The position numbers were made by a program, and so were the translations under genes. Positions 30,486 through 47,148 of a stretch of DNA of 64,000 nucleotides are shown piece by piece. Numbering within the stretch: position 1 is the stretch's first letter; every line of letters starts with the position of its first letter. A model generated the notes under the pieces. The model saw nothing but the letters and a program-made list of their open reading frames with translations, was not told where the DNA came from and searched no databases. Origin of the DNA: the human T2T-CHM13v2.0 reference genome, Homo sapiens; the NCBI RefSeq assembly GCF_009914755.1, contig NC_060934.1; one strand, given 5' to 3'.

Positions 30486-32660
30486 CTATAAATAGTGCAA
30501 CTGCATCTCATGTGGCAGAGGGTGGAAGTTGCAAATAGTGAAGAGAGAGTGATTCTGGGACATTCCATAATGCCCCCTTGATGTATGTGACCCATCATTG
30601 CTTCGCATGTATAGCCCCGGATTGTTCTGTGTGAGTGGGCCGGCAAATTCAACTCCTCCTCACCCCCTCTCTACCCCAGTTCATGCTCACTGGGTAGGAT
30701 GGGAGGTGGGACTGCCAGATTATTTTTATTTTTTCCTTTCCCACATTGTCTATCTGCCAATATTTTTTTGTTGAAGTCTTTTAGGCTAAATGAGCGGACA
30801 AATTTTCTCTGCTGATCAACCGCCGTGGTAGCATCAGTGGGCACTGCAGTGCCTCCCTGGGAATTTTTAATGCCTCAGTGAGGTCATATTCCCAGTGTAG
30901 AGGGAACATGACGTAGTCCCACTCTACTTATCAGATGCAGAGCTTGCTACCAGGAAAACAGACGCGGAGAAGCCGGGATCATTTCTGGCCCCATTTCCCT
31001 CATTGTTCACCATTCCTTGGACTGCAAAGAGATGTCATTGTAAACGCTATCCTTTTCATTTTGTATACTAAGCAGGAAGCCCAGGCACTCTCTGTGGAGG
31101 TCTTCCAAGGAGCTCATCCATGCAGAAGATAGGAGTGTTCCTGCACCCTGCATCCTAGCCTCAGTGAGCCCACTTGACACCCCCCAGGGTGCTGCAAGCT
31201 GTGCCCATGTCTCTCCACGTTAGTGGCTACCTCCCTTTTCCCCTTTCGTCGTGAGTCACGTATTTTCTTTGTGTCTCGTGTGACAAAGGTCACTCGTAGA
31301 GAAGATTTGGGCCTTTGGTGTGTGACATGTCATCCCCACAGTTGATTGTTTTGGCTCCTCCCCTTTTGTAATGCTGTGAGGTGACAGGTCAGTTTTTAAT
31401 GGGCTAGTCTGCGTCAAGGGAGAGTATAAATTAGCCTTAAGACTTTGTATTCCATATAGGGTTTCCCATATGAGAATATGCAGTTAGCACTTAGGGAGAG
31501 GGGTAGACGCTGCAGGGGTGGTTTTGACTTATCTGCCTATCAGTCAGCGTCTCTGTTGACGTACCTGTTTCTCAGATAGCAATCCCTTTTATGACGTCAG
31601 CAAGGTAGATGTTTGGAATTTGGAAATGGAGAGGAACCATATTTCAGCCCAGACTCTGGAACTTAATTTACTCATTTTTATTAAGGGCAGTGATTATTAG
31701 GCAAGCAGCTAATAGCAGATCTGAGTTCTTATTCTTCCTTATAAGGCCTGTCCTATGGACCTTATTGGAAAGGTATTTATTGCATCAGCTGCTGCTGGTT
31801 TAGTCAGGAGCACCATCATCTTTCACCTTTTACTTCACACCCATCCAGTGTTCTCTGTCACGTCTCTGAAAGGCCATTTCAAACCGGTTTGCATTAAGAA
31901 AAATCAGTAGTTTCTTTTTTTTTTAGTTTGGTGGAAGCGCCATAGGAGGCCAGATTTGCTTTTCCTGGTCAATGTCTGGCCTCTTCTGTGGGGGCCAAAA
32001 ATGAAAGAGGAGCAGCCACACCCTTTTAGATTCTGGCCATGTCACAGCACACTTACAGCCAGCTTCAGAGGCCAGTGCAGCAGGGAGAAAAGCTCTTGGC
32101 TGGGAAGATCTAAATTAGAGGCCTGTTTGTGCTCAGAGTGAAAGTTTCTGTTTTGGAAAAGCCAGCTCCCTCCAGAGGGGAGGGTGGGGATGGGAAAGCA
32201 ACGAAGACACCAGAGAAAGAAGAAATAAGAGGGGGACGTGAGGAGGCATGTAGTGACTGACTGCAGGACATGGGACCCCCCTGCTCGGCTTCTGCTCCTA
32301 CCCCACCGGTCACTGGGTCAGACAAGCTTAGCCTGAGCCCCGCGTCACCATCCCTGTCCTAGTGGTAGCCTCTTGCTGTTTAGAAAAACAGAGTTGGGGG
32401 AGATGACAGTAGCTTGCCTGTGATCTACACACAGGGCAGGTTGGGAGGGGTCCTGCACACTCTGTCACGTAGTGCTCATCCCAGCTCCTGCCTGCTAGGT
32501 TTGTGGCAATATTTGTGGTAAGCCTTGTGGTTCGCCAGGGGCCAGGGTGACAGATGAGAAGTCCACTTGTTCCTGAGAAATGAGCTCCACTAGAAAGTAG
32601 GAGCAGCTTGTAACCAACCAGGGGGAAGTCCTGTGTGTAGGTTGTCACAACTCTCTCTCA

Positions 32661-33587
<927 letters not shown>

Positions 33588-33758
33588 CTACAAGATCCAG
33601 GTCTCCGTTGGGGCTTTCCGCACTGGGATCTTCCTTGGTCAGGTCACTTGCAGCTGTTTTTCAAATCTACACTCAATGGCATGCAATTCTGTGCCCTGAT
33701 TTAACGTATGAGGGTCAAGTGTGAGACGTGGGATTTTTATTTAAAAAATTGTATTTTA

Positions 33759-34210
<452 letters not shown>

Positions 34211-36083
34211 TCACTGGAGATGTGGGTTTTATTTTTATTATTTTCTCCATTTGATAGATAGTGCCGACTTGATTCACTTCATCCATTCCAGGGCCAATTT
34301 TTCACTGTTGATTGTCAGGGGCTCTGCTCTGCTGTTTCTCCAGCCCTCTCCAGTGAAAGAGATGTAACTGCAGTGCCATAGTTGTCAGCTTGTTAGTTAT
34401 TGGCAAGTCTTGGTTGGATTTTCTATTCTTCATTGTGGGCTGTCCTTGCCTGTACACCTAGCATGCTCTGGAACCCTTTGTGGATTTATGAGAATTCAAG
34501 AAAAAAATAGCCAGGGAAATATGTTATTGCTAACCATATAGGCCTCAGAGTGAAAACGGCTTTTGGAGTATTCTGCTTTGAATTATTTATTTTAGTCTTT
34601 CTCAGATGTCAGGACAGATTTTTAAGATTTGGGCATAATGTTTAAAATGAAGATGGTATGTCTGTAGATTTTATTGACCCAACTTGGTCCCCCCAGGCTG
34701 TCCTCACCTGCCCCACTACTTAGATGAAACCAGGAATGGCAAGAGGAGAGCATCCAAGCCGCCTGCACCAGCCCTCAGTGCATCCCCACCCAGGCTCTGG
34801 AACGAGCTGCTACATGCACGGGAAGACCAGAGCTGCCGTCTTCCTGGCTGTTGTTCAGAGCTTATGCTTTCTTAGGGAAAAGTACAATGTAGGGCTATGT
34901 GTGTGGTGGGGATCTTCTGTGTGTGCTTGTCCTCCCCCTGGGAAATGATGAGAGGTGACCCCCGAGCTCCCAGCTCAGTGTCACACTCGAGTGAACAGTA
35001 GATGATGCTTCTGCCATGCGTTTTGCTGGGGAAGGTAACAGCCATCGCACACATGTAAATTCTTGTGTAATCCAATTCCTGTCTTTGTAATTACTTGGAG
35101 ACTTGCCATCGCAGCCAATTGAGAAGTGGGAGCAGTGACCCTGGGCAGAAAGCAGAAATTGGAGAGGAGGGGAGGGGCGGGGAGGTGGCATCCAGAACAC
35201 AGTTGTAGCTCTCCTGGCTTTACAGCATCTAAAATCACTTCAGGATCAGGAAAAAGCAAAAACATTATAACTGCCCTCCACGCAAGTACCCCAGCTTTTC
35301 TGTCCCAAGTTCCCACTCCCTCTACCTCTCTCTTAGCAGGCTGGAGGAATTCTCAGCAAGCGTGATAGAGTCAGGTCATCCGTGACTTAGCTGAGAGGAA
35401 GGACTTTTACTGATAAGAAACTCCCATTGTCTGGCAACAGGTTTCTGTAGAGGAATGTCTTCCAGGTGGGAGAAGAATGGCTTTCATTTTTAACAACCAC
35501 ACACTATAAACAAAGCATCCCGAGAGCACGGGTACCTAGCAGAAGAAGAACGAAGTAGCCAGGAAACAAGTTGCTTTTCAGCATCCCCACTGAAATGATA
35601 GGGTACTTTAGAAAGCGGGTGGTGGCATTCTTTCCACAAGTACAGCAAGTGTCACTGTGGGGTCTTAATTCTCTCGAATCTGCCTTTAGAAGGCAGAAGG
35701 CAGAATGATCAGCTCTGCTCTGAATGTGTTTGCCATTTGATTGACGTCGGAAACATGATGTCACTTCTGCAAACACCCACGTGAGAAGGTGTATTTTTTT
35801 TTTTTCTTATTTGGGTGACAGATTGCATGTTAGGGCACTAAAAGATGAAAGCACTAAATACTTGCTTTAGAAAAACACAGTGGAAGATTCTCTCATCCTC
35901 CCCGCTGAAAATTTATGGGCTTAGAATTCCATGAACCAAAATGACTGTCTTCAGTTAAACTTATTGCGACCCTCTGGGCATGATTAACAAATCAGGTGGA
36001 AAGGGAAGGTGGAGGAGTATACGGGATTCTTTTTTCATGTTGTGTGGAATAGGGCACTTTAGTTGAAATTGAGGTTCAAGTTA

Positions 36084-36440
<357 letters not shown>

Positions 36441-36577
36441 TTAATAGGACGTTCTACTCAATGGATTGGTTTCCTCCCTATAAAAAGGAGCATTTTGTTA
36501 TTCCCTCTTTCAGATTTAATGATAAAGTCATAATTCCTGCAAGCCTTTTGAGGAGGATATATCTTATCTCATAAGAT

Positions 36578-37487
<910 letters not shown>

Positions 37488-37697
37488 TCAGTGTCTAGGA
37501 CGTCTGTTTAATGGGATGGTTAGGAGCGTGTGCTCTGTACTCTGAGCTCAAACCTTGGCTTTGCCTCTGACCAGCTGAATGACCATGTGCAACTCACTGT
37601 TTATGCCTAAGTTTTCACATCATAAAACCAGGACATTATTTTGCCTATCTTTACTTATTAGTAGATTTGAATGAATTACAGTATATAAGGCAAGTGA

Positions 37698-38039
<342 letters not shown>

Positions 38040-38269
38040 ATATCTGTATTTTTTAATTCACTTCTTTGATTTGGGAGGAAAGAAACCTGAACCCTCTTCT
38101 TAGTGGGAGTGGGATAGGCTTTAATGTTAATACTATGCATCATGTATTAAAAATCCACTATCCTTCTGGCACTGGATTAAGCTTTTCATAAGTATTATTG
38201 TTTCACCCTTACAGCTGCCACAGAAGAGAAAAACCAATATTATTTAAAGTTTATGTATAAATAAGCTAG

Positions 38270-38500
38270 TCGCTAACATGTACTCAGCACTTACTGTATA
38301 CCAGGCTCTGCCTTAAGTGGTTTTCATATATTAACTCATTTAATCTGCTCAATTTGTGGGAACCATTTTTTCTCATTTTATAGAGAGGAAACTGGTGCAG
38401 ACTTTTTTTTTCTTTTTAATAATTTGTCCTTGGTTCCACTGAAAGTAATTGTTAGGACTGGGATTTGAAGGCTGGGTCTTCAAATGTTGTCCAAACGAGG
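38270..38500 (-). mobile_element. MIR SINE
   Basis: agcacttactgtataccagg...attaactcatttaatc...cattttatagagaggaaact...ggactgggatttgaa. Confidence 0.75.
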
Positions 38501-41500
38501 CTGCCCACCTCCCCATCAATGACAACCTTCTGTCCTGTAATGTGGAAGTGGGCCCAGCTGTATGAGAAGCTCAGAGCACACAGATGCTGTCCAGATATGC
38601 TGGCTTCTGATCCTTGCAGAGAAAAAATCTTTATTACCGGAAGTTGTGGCTTCTGAGCCTCTCTGCAATTGGCAACATAGATTTTTGTTTTGTTTTGTTT
38701 TGTGTGTGTGGTTTTGTTTTTTAAATAATTAGAAACAGTTCTACAATTGTTACCACCCACAGTAAAAAATTGCTTGGATCCCGCGAAGTAAGAAAGAAAA
38801 AAAAATAGGCCATTTGGTAGAATGATTAACAGGGGGCTTTAAAGAGGAAAGTCTGCTTTGGAGGGTGAGCTTTGGATGTACAGATGCTGGGACCCTCGTG
38901 TTTTTCAAGTCCCCCATTTGCCTGCATTGAGAATCAAATGTGAATGGTGGTTGCCAGTGATAGGAGGGGTTACAATGCGTGAGATGGCTCTGGGAGGAAA
39001 CTCACATTTTTTCGTACTTATTAATGGTATGTCTTTTGTGCGAGTGGGTGTGAGTACTGAGAGCATCAAGTGTATATTTGCACAGTGTGTGGTCCTTGCT
39101 GCTGTGTTCCACTCCCCATGATGGTGGGCTACACTAGGAGGAGAAGCAAGCCTTAGCACAGCTTGACAGTTTCCATTATATGGACAGAGTCACTGAGGCA
39201 GGAGCAAGCCAGGCCTTTTTCCAGGTCAAGGGAGCTGGGTCAGTGTAGCTGGGACTCTTGGTTTCTTAGCACTGTGCTCTGACTATCAAAGCTACGCCCC
39301 CACTTTTGTGGGAATAAAATCGGTGCCCTTGCATATAAGTTGTTCGCTTCACTCCCAGCCCCCTCCTGAGAATTAGGATGGGCCAGGATCTGAGTTCAGT
39401 GCCTTTGGTCCAGTAAGATGTGCTATTCATTGGCGATCCTTCCCCCATAGTTTCAAGACTGTAAGTGGTCACATGGGCAAAGAGATGATTTCCTAATCCT
39501 CGTGGGAGCTTGAAGGATTTGCCTTTGTTAAAGGAGGAACATCACGCTGGAGGGGTGTCTGTCTATGTGTCCCACTTAAACCACACTGCTTTTGACTTCT
39601 CCTCTGTGATGATTCCCAGGCAGCCTCCTCTTGCCATCCTGACTTGTTTAAATTTATGGGTTGTTGGCAAGCAATTTTTTGATGCTATTCTTCTCATAGC
39701 CAGAGGCCAAGATCCCTTGTGGAGCAGTGCCTGAATTTAATAGATGTCATCTGGACACCAGGGAGGGGCATTGAGAAGCACTGGGGGAAAAGTCTTAGAA
39801 GTGAGATTTTACCCCTAACGCCGTCTCCCAGCCTCTTATTTATCCTTTTCAGGGCAATGCAGCCTGTGATTTTTTTGGTGGTACCATAGTGTCATATACC
39901 ATACTCTACAATTCTAGGACAAAGGACACAGTGTCCTAATGGTCTTGCAGATGGCCTAAAATACATATGGTAAGCCACTTATTTAATTTGATCTCAAATA
40001 TCTCAGCATTACTGAGCTCTACACCTGGATGTTTACAAAGCCTGAAGATCTGTACCCACTGCTGTAACATCAGGTGACACTCAAGGAACACAATTCTACT
40101 CTTCTGGCTGTCTGGGGTCTTGGGTCCCAGGCTAGGGTCTAAGGCAGACAAGACAGTACCATCCCATTAGCTTGGTACATGAGGCTTAAACAGTTCCTCG
40201 AAGTCATGGGGTGAAGGAGGGCACAGTTAACTCAGCCCCCGCTTATTCAAATATCAGATTGCTGGCTGATAGTCTCCCTCCCTGCAATGTTGGCAGGAAG
40301 CAGAAAAGAAGGGAAGATTGTGACAATAACTGTTGCAAAGGCCATTAACTTGACTTTGTGGGACAGACATGTAGGTCTCTCTTTACTGCTTCTGGACACA
40401 AATTATGGGAAAGCCTGCACAATAGGTCTCATTAACTTCCAGAGTGACATGACAGGGACTCCAGCTTTTGGGACAGCTTGAGTCCATTTAGTAAAATGTT
40501 ATTGAGGACTTCTGTGCCAGGCAGGGTTCTGGTGTTGGGGACAAGGGTGTGAGTGAGAGGACTGAGTTGTTGCCTTTAGGAAGTGTACCGTCTAGCCAGG
40601 AGTAACGGCTTGAGTCGAAGTCGGCTCCCATTGGGCCTCTTAGGGAGTCCCAGTTTGCTCTGAGGCCTGCTCCTCTCTGGGAAGAAATCACCTTGAGAGC
40701 TTCTGGGATTTGGAACTCCCTGCATGGTTGGATCCCTTCCATCTTCATGTGAATTGTCTTGGTAATGAGGCTGCCCAGGAAAGCCATAACACAGGGACAT
40801 TTGGTGGGCAGGTCCACTTTCGAAGTTCTGGGAGTTACCGTGGCTATTGTTCTGACTGCAGTCTAGATGCTCCCAGGCCCATTTCTCTCCTTTTTCACTC
40901 TTTAGTTCTGCCTGGTGACCAGGGAGGTGCCCCGCACCTCACCTGTCTAGTGGGGTTTCCCACCACACTTCCAATTCTTGCTCATTCAACATCAAGTCTT
41001 TGCTCTGCCTTTCTTCGAATCACGAAGATCCTGTCTGCCAGAAGCATCCTGTCCAGGTTCCAGGCAGACGACAGTCTCTGAGCATTCCAGGGTCTTACAG
41101 TTTAGAAAGAGGAGAGAGCAAGAGAATCTTAAAAGCACCATAAGCTGGAGCTGTTTAGAATAGAGCAAACGGCCCTTGGGGCTCTGGCAATTGATGTTTG
41201 TAATTAGTATCCTGATTTATTAAGAAGAGTTTGTTGTCTCCAGGATTAAAACAAAACAAAACAAAAAAATAGATTCTTTAGGGAGATTAATTGGGACTGT
41301 CCTGTGGGTAAGGAGATAGTAAGAAGATAGCAGTAAGTGGAATGTTACCTAACAGGTAAGGTGCAAATGGGCTCTGAGGTACTCCCTTGAACCTGGGCTT
41401 CTGACACAAGAAAAGTAAAATAACTCAGGTCAGGGAAATGGACCTGAGTGCACTGAGAATATTAATGCAAACAGACCCCAACCAGAGTAATGTGTTCACT

Positions 41501-42781
41501 GTGGTTGGGGTGGGTGGGTTTGTAGAATCTGTTACAGAATCTTGGAATTGTGAGAGCAGACTGATAACTCTAACCTGACCACTCTTCAAATCCTCTCTTG
41601 AACAGTGAGGAAGCAGAGGCTCAGAGAAAGAAGACTGCTGTAAGATCAAGCAATCGTGTGTAGCCAGACAGTGGGAGAATCAAGACTAGAATCCAGATCT
41701 CTTGGTTTTCCTCTTTCCCCTCGGCCACCTCCAATTCAAGGGAGAGTTTAATTTTGTGAACCATTCCTGTTAAGTGCCATTAATTTCAAGGTCTTTCTGG
41801 ATTAGTGTGTGAAATTCAGTGTGTTCAGTATGAATTCACTTATTTTCCACTTGAAATCCTGATTTTTCTCGGATGCCCCGGGTGTTGATATGATGATCAG
41901 GAGGCTCGTGATGGTGATGAGGATGGATTAATATAATCATCTCTGCTAAAGGTTAACGAGAAAGCAGTGAGCTGGAATTGATACATAAAAAACACTGAAA
42001 ACTTTTCAAGCAGTGAATGTGCTTTAGCGATACATAGACAATCAGATCTTACCATTTATGTGTGTATTTTGAATGATGAATGAATAACTAGTCTTTCCCA
42101 GAGGACTGGTATTTGGGAATCTTTTTATAAAGTGTTGCTTTCTGGGCTTTCATTAAAAGCTCAAACATAGAAATGTATGAAAATGATCCTTTGAAAACAA
42201 GTTTGGCACCAACACTATGTGAGAAAACTTGAAAAGTATATAGGTTGTGGATCACCAGTTCTCGAACTCAGGACCACCCTGACTGAGTTGACCATGATCA
42301 GAATGGATGCAAGAGTTCACTGGTTTTATAATTTTTGCGAAGAGCTGTCTTCTGCCCTTAGCACTCCCATGTCCTGTAACCAGGAAACAAGCCGGTGCCC
42401 TGGGTTGAGTTCAGCAAGTTTGTTTTGACTTGCAGCCCATCATGGGAGTGAAACTCTCATTATGTAATGTTAAACTGGGCCTGGAATGTCAGCAGAGCTT
42501 GGCCTGCCAAAGCTTGAAGGGTTGGTTGGGAATGGACTATGTTTAGTATGACTAATCCAGCTCGGCTGGGTACTGGGTGGGTGGGTGGCTCTCTGAGGAG
42601 GGAGGTATGACTTGGGCTATTTCAAATCTTAGCACTTTGTATAAACTCTGTAGTCCCTCCCCTCACCCCCTTCCCCTCCCACAAAAGAAGTTAAGCCTTA
42701 CTGACCAACCAGTACAGTCAGGGGCTGTTGACTGATACCCAAGCCTTGATGTACACATTTGTGGTCAAGACATCAAGTTGC

Positions 42782-43069
42782 GGCCGGGCGTGGTGGCTCA
42801 TGCCTATAATCTCAGCACTCTGGGAGGCCGAGGCGGGTGGATCACGAGGTCAGGAAATCGAGACCATCCTGGCTAACACAGTGAAACCCTGTCTCCACTA
42901 AAAATACAAAAAATTAGCCGGGCGTGGTGGCGAGTACCTGTAGTCCCAGCTACTTGGGAGGCTGAGGCAGGAGAATGGCGTGAACCCCGGAGGCGGAGCT
43001 TACAGCGAGCTTGCAGTGAGCCGAGATCGCACCAGTGCACTCCAGCCTGGGCGACCGAGCGAGACTCCG

Positions 43070-43107
<38 letters not shown>

Positions 43108-43117
43108 AACAAAAAAA
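42782..43117 (+). mobile_element. AluY with long poly(A)
   Basis: Diagnostics gagaccatcctggctaaca and gaatggcgtgaacc; ~34-nt A run. Confidence 0.97.
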
Positions 43118-43982
43118 TCAAGGTACATCACTTGCAATTAGGGAAATAATGCTTTTGGGTCCTGTGAAATAATGGTGTTTCTTAAAGCAGCCTATATTGG
43201 TCAAGCGTTGCTGGCAGGGGCACTTAGTAATTAAAGCAATTACACAAAGTAAACATTAGGTTCCTTAATAAAAATAGCAGTGAACCCTAGTAAAAACTGA
43301 ATGTAAGGAAAGAGGTGGGCTATTTTCCTAATAAAGATTCCAAAGTATAATTTAGGGTCTGTCGGCTGACCTTCTTGGTCTTCCTTTGAGAGCCTCCAGC
43401 CCCCTTTGCCCCCATACTTCCCCACCAAGCTTCCTCTTGGCTCTTCTTAGGGGACAAAAGAATCCCGTTTTTATGCAAATGTTTTTAGCTGGAGGTAGAA
43501 TAATCAGGAACCATGTTTGCACAGTGATCCTTAAACACAATGTGGACCCCCCCACCCCACCAGGCAAAGGTTGCATTTTGGTGAGGATGACAGAGCCCCC
43601 AGCCTCTGCTCCGCCTGAGGTGAAGTGGGGAATCGCTTTTGTCCCTTCCCTGATGAATGGGTGTAAAGTGTTCACTGAACCTGGAAACACCTCCTTTTGT
43701 GTCCGGTGCTCTCCTAACACAGGCCGTTAAACTTGGGGCAATCGCTCATGGTGGGGGATTGAATGGGGCCATTGTGGGGGGGAGGGGTGCACACTGAAGC
43801 CATTGTGGGCATAGAGATGCCATTGTTTTCTCAGTATTAAGAAAAGGAGTAGGACTCTAGGGACCTCCAGGCATCAGTGTGGCCGACCACTGCACTGACT
43901 GCTTTTCTAGGTTTGCATTATCCCTGAGGAACCCCCTAGCCTGAGAGGTTGGGCAAGGTCAGCCTAGGCTGGCAGCACCGCG

Positions 43983-44000
43983 GGGCGCCCCCTGCAGTAT
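43983..44000 (-). promoter_or_regulatory. Putative CTCF site
   Basis: Minus strand reads ACTGCAGGGGGCGC, matching the CAGGGGGCGC core, in a CpG-retaining patch. Confidence 0.6.
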
Positions 44001-44700
44001 GGACGTGGTATTCCCTTTCCGGCCTCTGCAGGGCCAGGGCGCTCCATTTCTTCCCAGGACTGCCTGCCCTGGTCGTGGCCGTCATTTCTGCAGGGAGGTT
44101 GCTGTTTTCCTCCAGGCATCGGAGTTAAAAAGCATTTGTTCAAAAATCACTTCTTCCACTTTAGGAATAACATATTCTCCCATTCCCTGCCGGTGACTTT
44201 TTCATTTAATTTTCGTTTTGCCATATGGTCTTTCAGAGGCACTCTGATCTTAATTATAGTATTCAGCCTTTGTTTATTTAAAAATCAGAAGGCAGATAGG
44301 CTATTGAGGGTTTATCTGTACTAATTGTACCACCATACCTGCCAACTGTCCCCTTAACCACTACAATCCCTGCCGACAGTGTGTATACACAAACACACGC
44401 GCGTGCACACATGGGCCACATAACGTAATGTGTTGATCAGAAAGGAGCGTATTTCCAGCTTTAGAATTGCCGCACTGGCATTTTCCATCATGAACCCCTG
44501 CCATGTAGTGTTGACTTGAAGGGGATTTAGCCATGGGATTGGGAAGAGCAGGGAGTTAGGGTCAGAAGACCTGAGCTCAAATCCTGATTCTGCCACTTAC
44601 GGTGTTATCTTGGGGAAACAATTTTATTCCTGGAGTCTCAGTTTTACCATCTATAAAATAGGGATAGTGCTATCAATGTCCCAGTAAGGGTGTGGGATTT

Positions 44701-45019
44701 ATTTTTTAATTTTTATTTGTTTATTTATTTTTTTGAGACAGGACAGGCTCTGGCTCTGTCGCCCAGGCTGGAGTGCAGTGGTGCAATCAAGGCTCACAGC
44801 AACCTCCCCTCCTGGGTTCAAGTAATTCTTTTGCCTCAGCCTCCCAAGTAGCTGGGATTACAGGCTCCTGCCACCACGCCCAGCTAATTTTTGTGTTTTT
44901 AGTAGAAGCAGGGTTTCTCCACGTTGGCTAGGCTGGTCTCGAACTCCTGACCGCAGGTCAACCACCTGCCCCAGCCTCCCAAACTGCTGGGATTACAGGC
45001 ATGAGCCACTGTGCTGGCT
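44701..45019 (-). mobile_element. Alu (AluS) inserted in a MIR (from ~44560)
   Basis: TSD gggtgtgggattt at 44688-44700 and 45020-45032. Confidence 0.96.
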
Positions 45020-46599
45020 GGGTGTGGGATTTAAGTGAGATATTATGAAAGGCTGGTGGATGTGTTAAGCATCCTGACATCTGGTGTTCAAGAGTTAGAA
45101 AGTGAAGCCCCATACAGCTTTTATAATCAACAGGCTTAGATGCAATGGCCTCAGTTGTTTTTTGAAACATAATGTGCATATGGTTCATTTTGCTGTTTTA
45201 CCTGCCTCTTTGATAACTTAAATATTCTAATTAAATCATGGCTTATATCAGAATGTATAATATTTTATAGATCTTTTAAAAAGTGACTTGTTTGAAGATT
45301 ATAACATCATTTCATACAGAAAATAGCTTTGCTATGCTTACATTTTGAAAACACCTGTTGAAGCCTCTAAAGAAACATGTTTATAAAATGTTAAACACGT
45401 CAGTTATATTTTTGGTTTAAAACAAGCATGATAATTCTTGACTTCTTCCTCTGAATTTGGGAAGCTCTTCTGTTAGAGAAATCAATTTTTTTCCTCCCTG
45501 ATGCCTGAATAAAGATGCATTTTAAAAAATATTATCTTTGTAGATAATAATGAACTTTTAGTTGTTATACTAGGTTCTAATAACTTTTTCATCAGGCCAT
45601 CACAGTCTGAATAATTGTAAAAAAGTCAATTGTAGAAACTGTTTAAAGAATTTCCAATTCTAACATTTTCTTTGAAATGTTTGAGATTGTCTACTGGGGT
45701 TTTTTTTTTTTTTTTTTTTACGAATTTTTTTCCTAAAAGATTTTTCAGAAGCAGTGTTTTCACATGTAAATATCTGCAACAAACAGCACTTAACCAGTCC
45801 TTAATTGGTTCTATATATTTATACGTGAGACACAGCAATAAACATGTAGTATACACATGTCTTTGGTAAAGGAAGCTCTTCTTCTCACAAGCCTGGCTGC
45901 CCCAAAATTATAGTGAAGGACAATGTCGATTCTAATTGCTGGCTTTTGACCCCTACATCTATATATTTTACCTAATTTATAGTTGGAAAAGGAGCTAAAA
46001 ATGTTAAAAGGGTTCATGCCAGTAGTTTGAGTTGTTGTAGTTTATAAAGCCCTAAAATTAAGTATGGAAGTACAAGAAAGCCTATGCTATGTACTGGGTC
46101 AAAGAGAAGAAATCCAAATTAATATTAATTGGTATTCATGAGCAATCCCTGAGTGCCCGTAATGTTTCTGTCCCAATCATAGACTAATCTGGCCAATTGT
46201 ATGGGTCAGACAAAATAGCCAACAGCTCTGAGTTTAGATTGGTATGAAAAAAGGGGATCTGACTGTTAACACCATATTCCCCAAGTCTGTAATGTTCTCT
46301 GACCTCCAGTGCAAATAGCTGTTCATCTTTAGATGATTTGACAGCATAATTTAGCATTTGGGATTCCTTTTTTTTTTTTTTCTAAGTGGTGATTAAAAAC
46401 TTGTGCTTCTTCTCTAGCATATAAATCAAGCTTTTCAGTTATATTTTCCGGGGCATAGAATAATTGAAGTGAATTGAACATTGGGCTGGATGGTCATAGA
46501 ACTGGTTTCTGTTAGAGGTTAACTGACTTTGAGGAAATTATACCATCAAGGTACTCTGGGGTGTATCTGTCAGCTTTTTGACAGTTGTAAATAATTATC

Positions 46600-46732
46600 T
46601 CCCTCTCTAGATTATTAATTCCCTGAGGGCAGGACTTTGATTCACTGATATATCTATCTATCCCTAGTGCCTAGAACAGAGCCAGGCATGAAATAGGCAC
46701 TGAATCAGTATTTATTGAATCAGTGAATGAAT
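46600..46732 (+). mobile_element. L2 LINE 3' end
   Basis: ctagatt...tccctgagggcagg...tatccctagtgcctagaacagagccaggca...tatttattgaatcagtgaatgaat. Confidence 0.85.
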
Positions 46733-46838
46733 CTCCAAGTGCACCTAAGGGAAGGATACCAGGAAGAGTCTACTGTGTTTATGGAAACAGCAGCAATAAT
46801 TCCTCCTCCTCATTTTCATTTGCTGAAATTACTAACCA

Positions 46839-47148
46839 ACTGGGTGCGGTGGCTCACGGCTGTAATCTCAGTCCTTTCAGAGGCCAAAGCAGGAGGATCA
46901 CTTGAGCCCAGGAGTTTGAGACCAGCCTGGGCAGCATGGTGAAACCTCATTTCTACAGAAAATGCAAAAATTAGCCAGGCGTGGTGGCATGTGCCCATCA
47001 CCTCAGCCACTCGGGAGGCTGAGATGGGAGGATCACCTGAGTCCAGGAGGTGGAGGCTGTAATGAGCTGTGATCACGCCACTGCACTCCAGCCTGGGCAA
47101 CTGAGTGACACCTTTTCTTTAAATAAATAAAATAAATAAATAAATAAA
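46839..47148 (+). mobile_element. Alu (AluJ); last Alu in the window
   Basis: TSD-like aaattactaacca/aaattattaacca; (TAAA)n tail. Confidence 0.96.
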
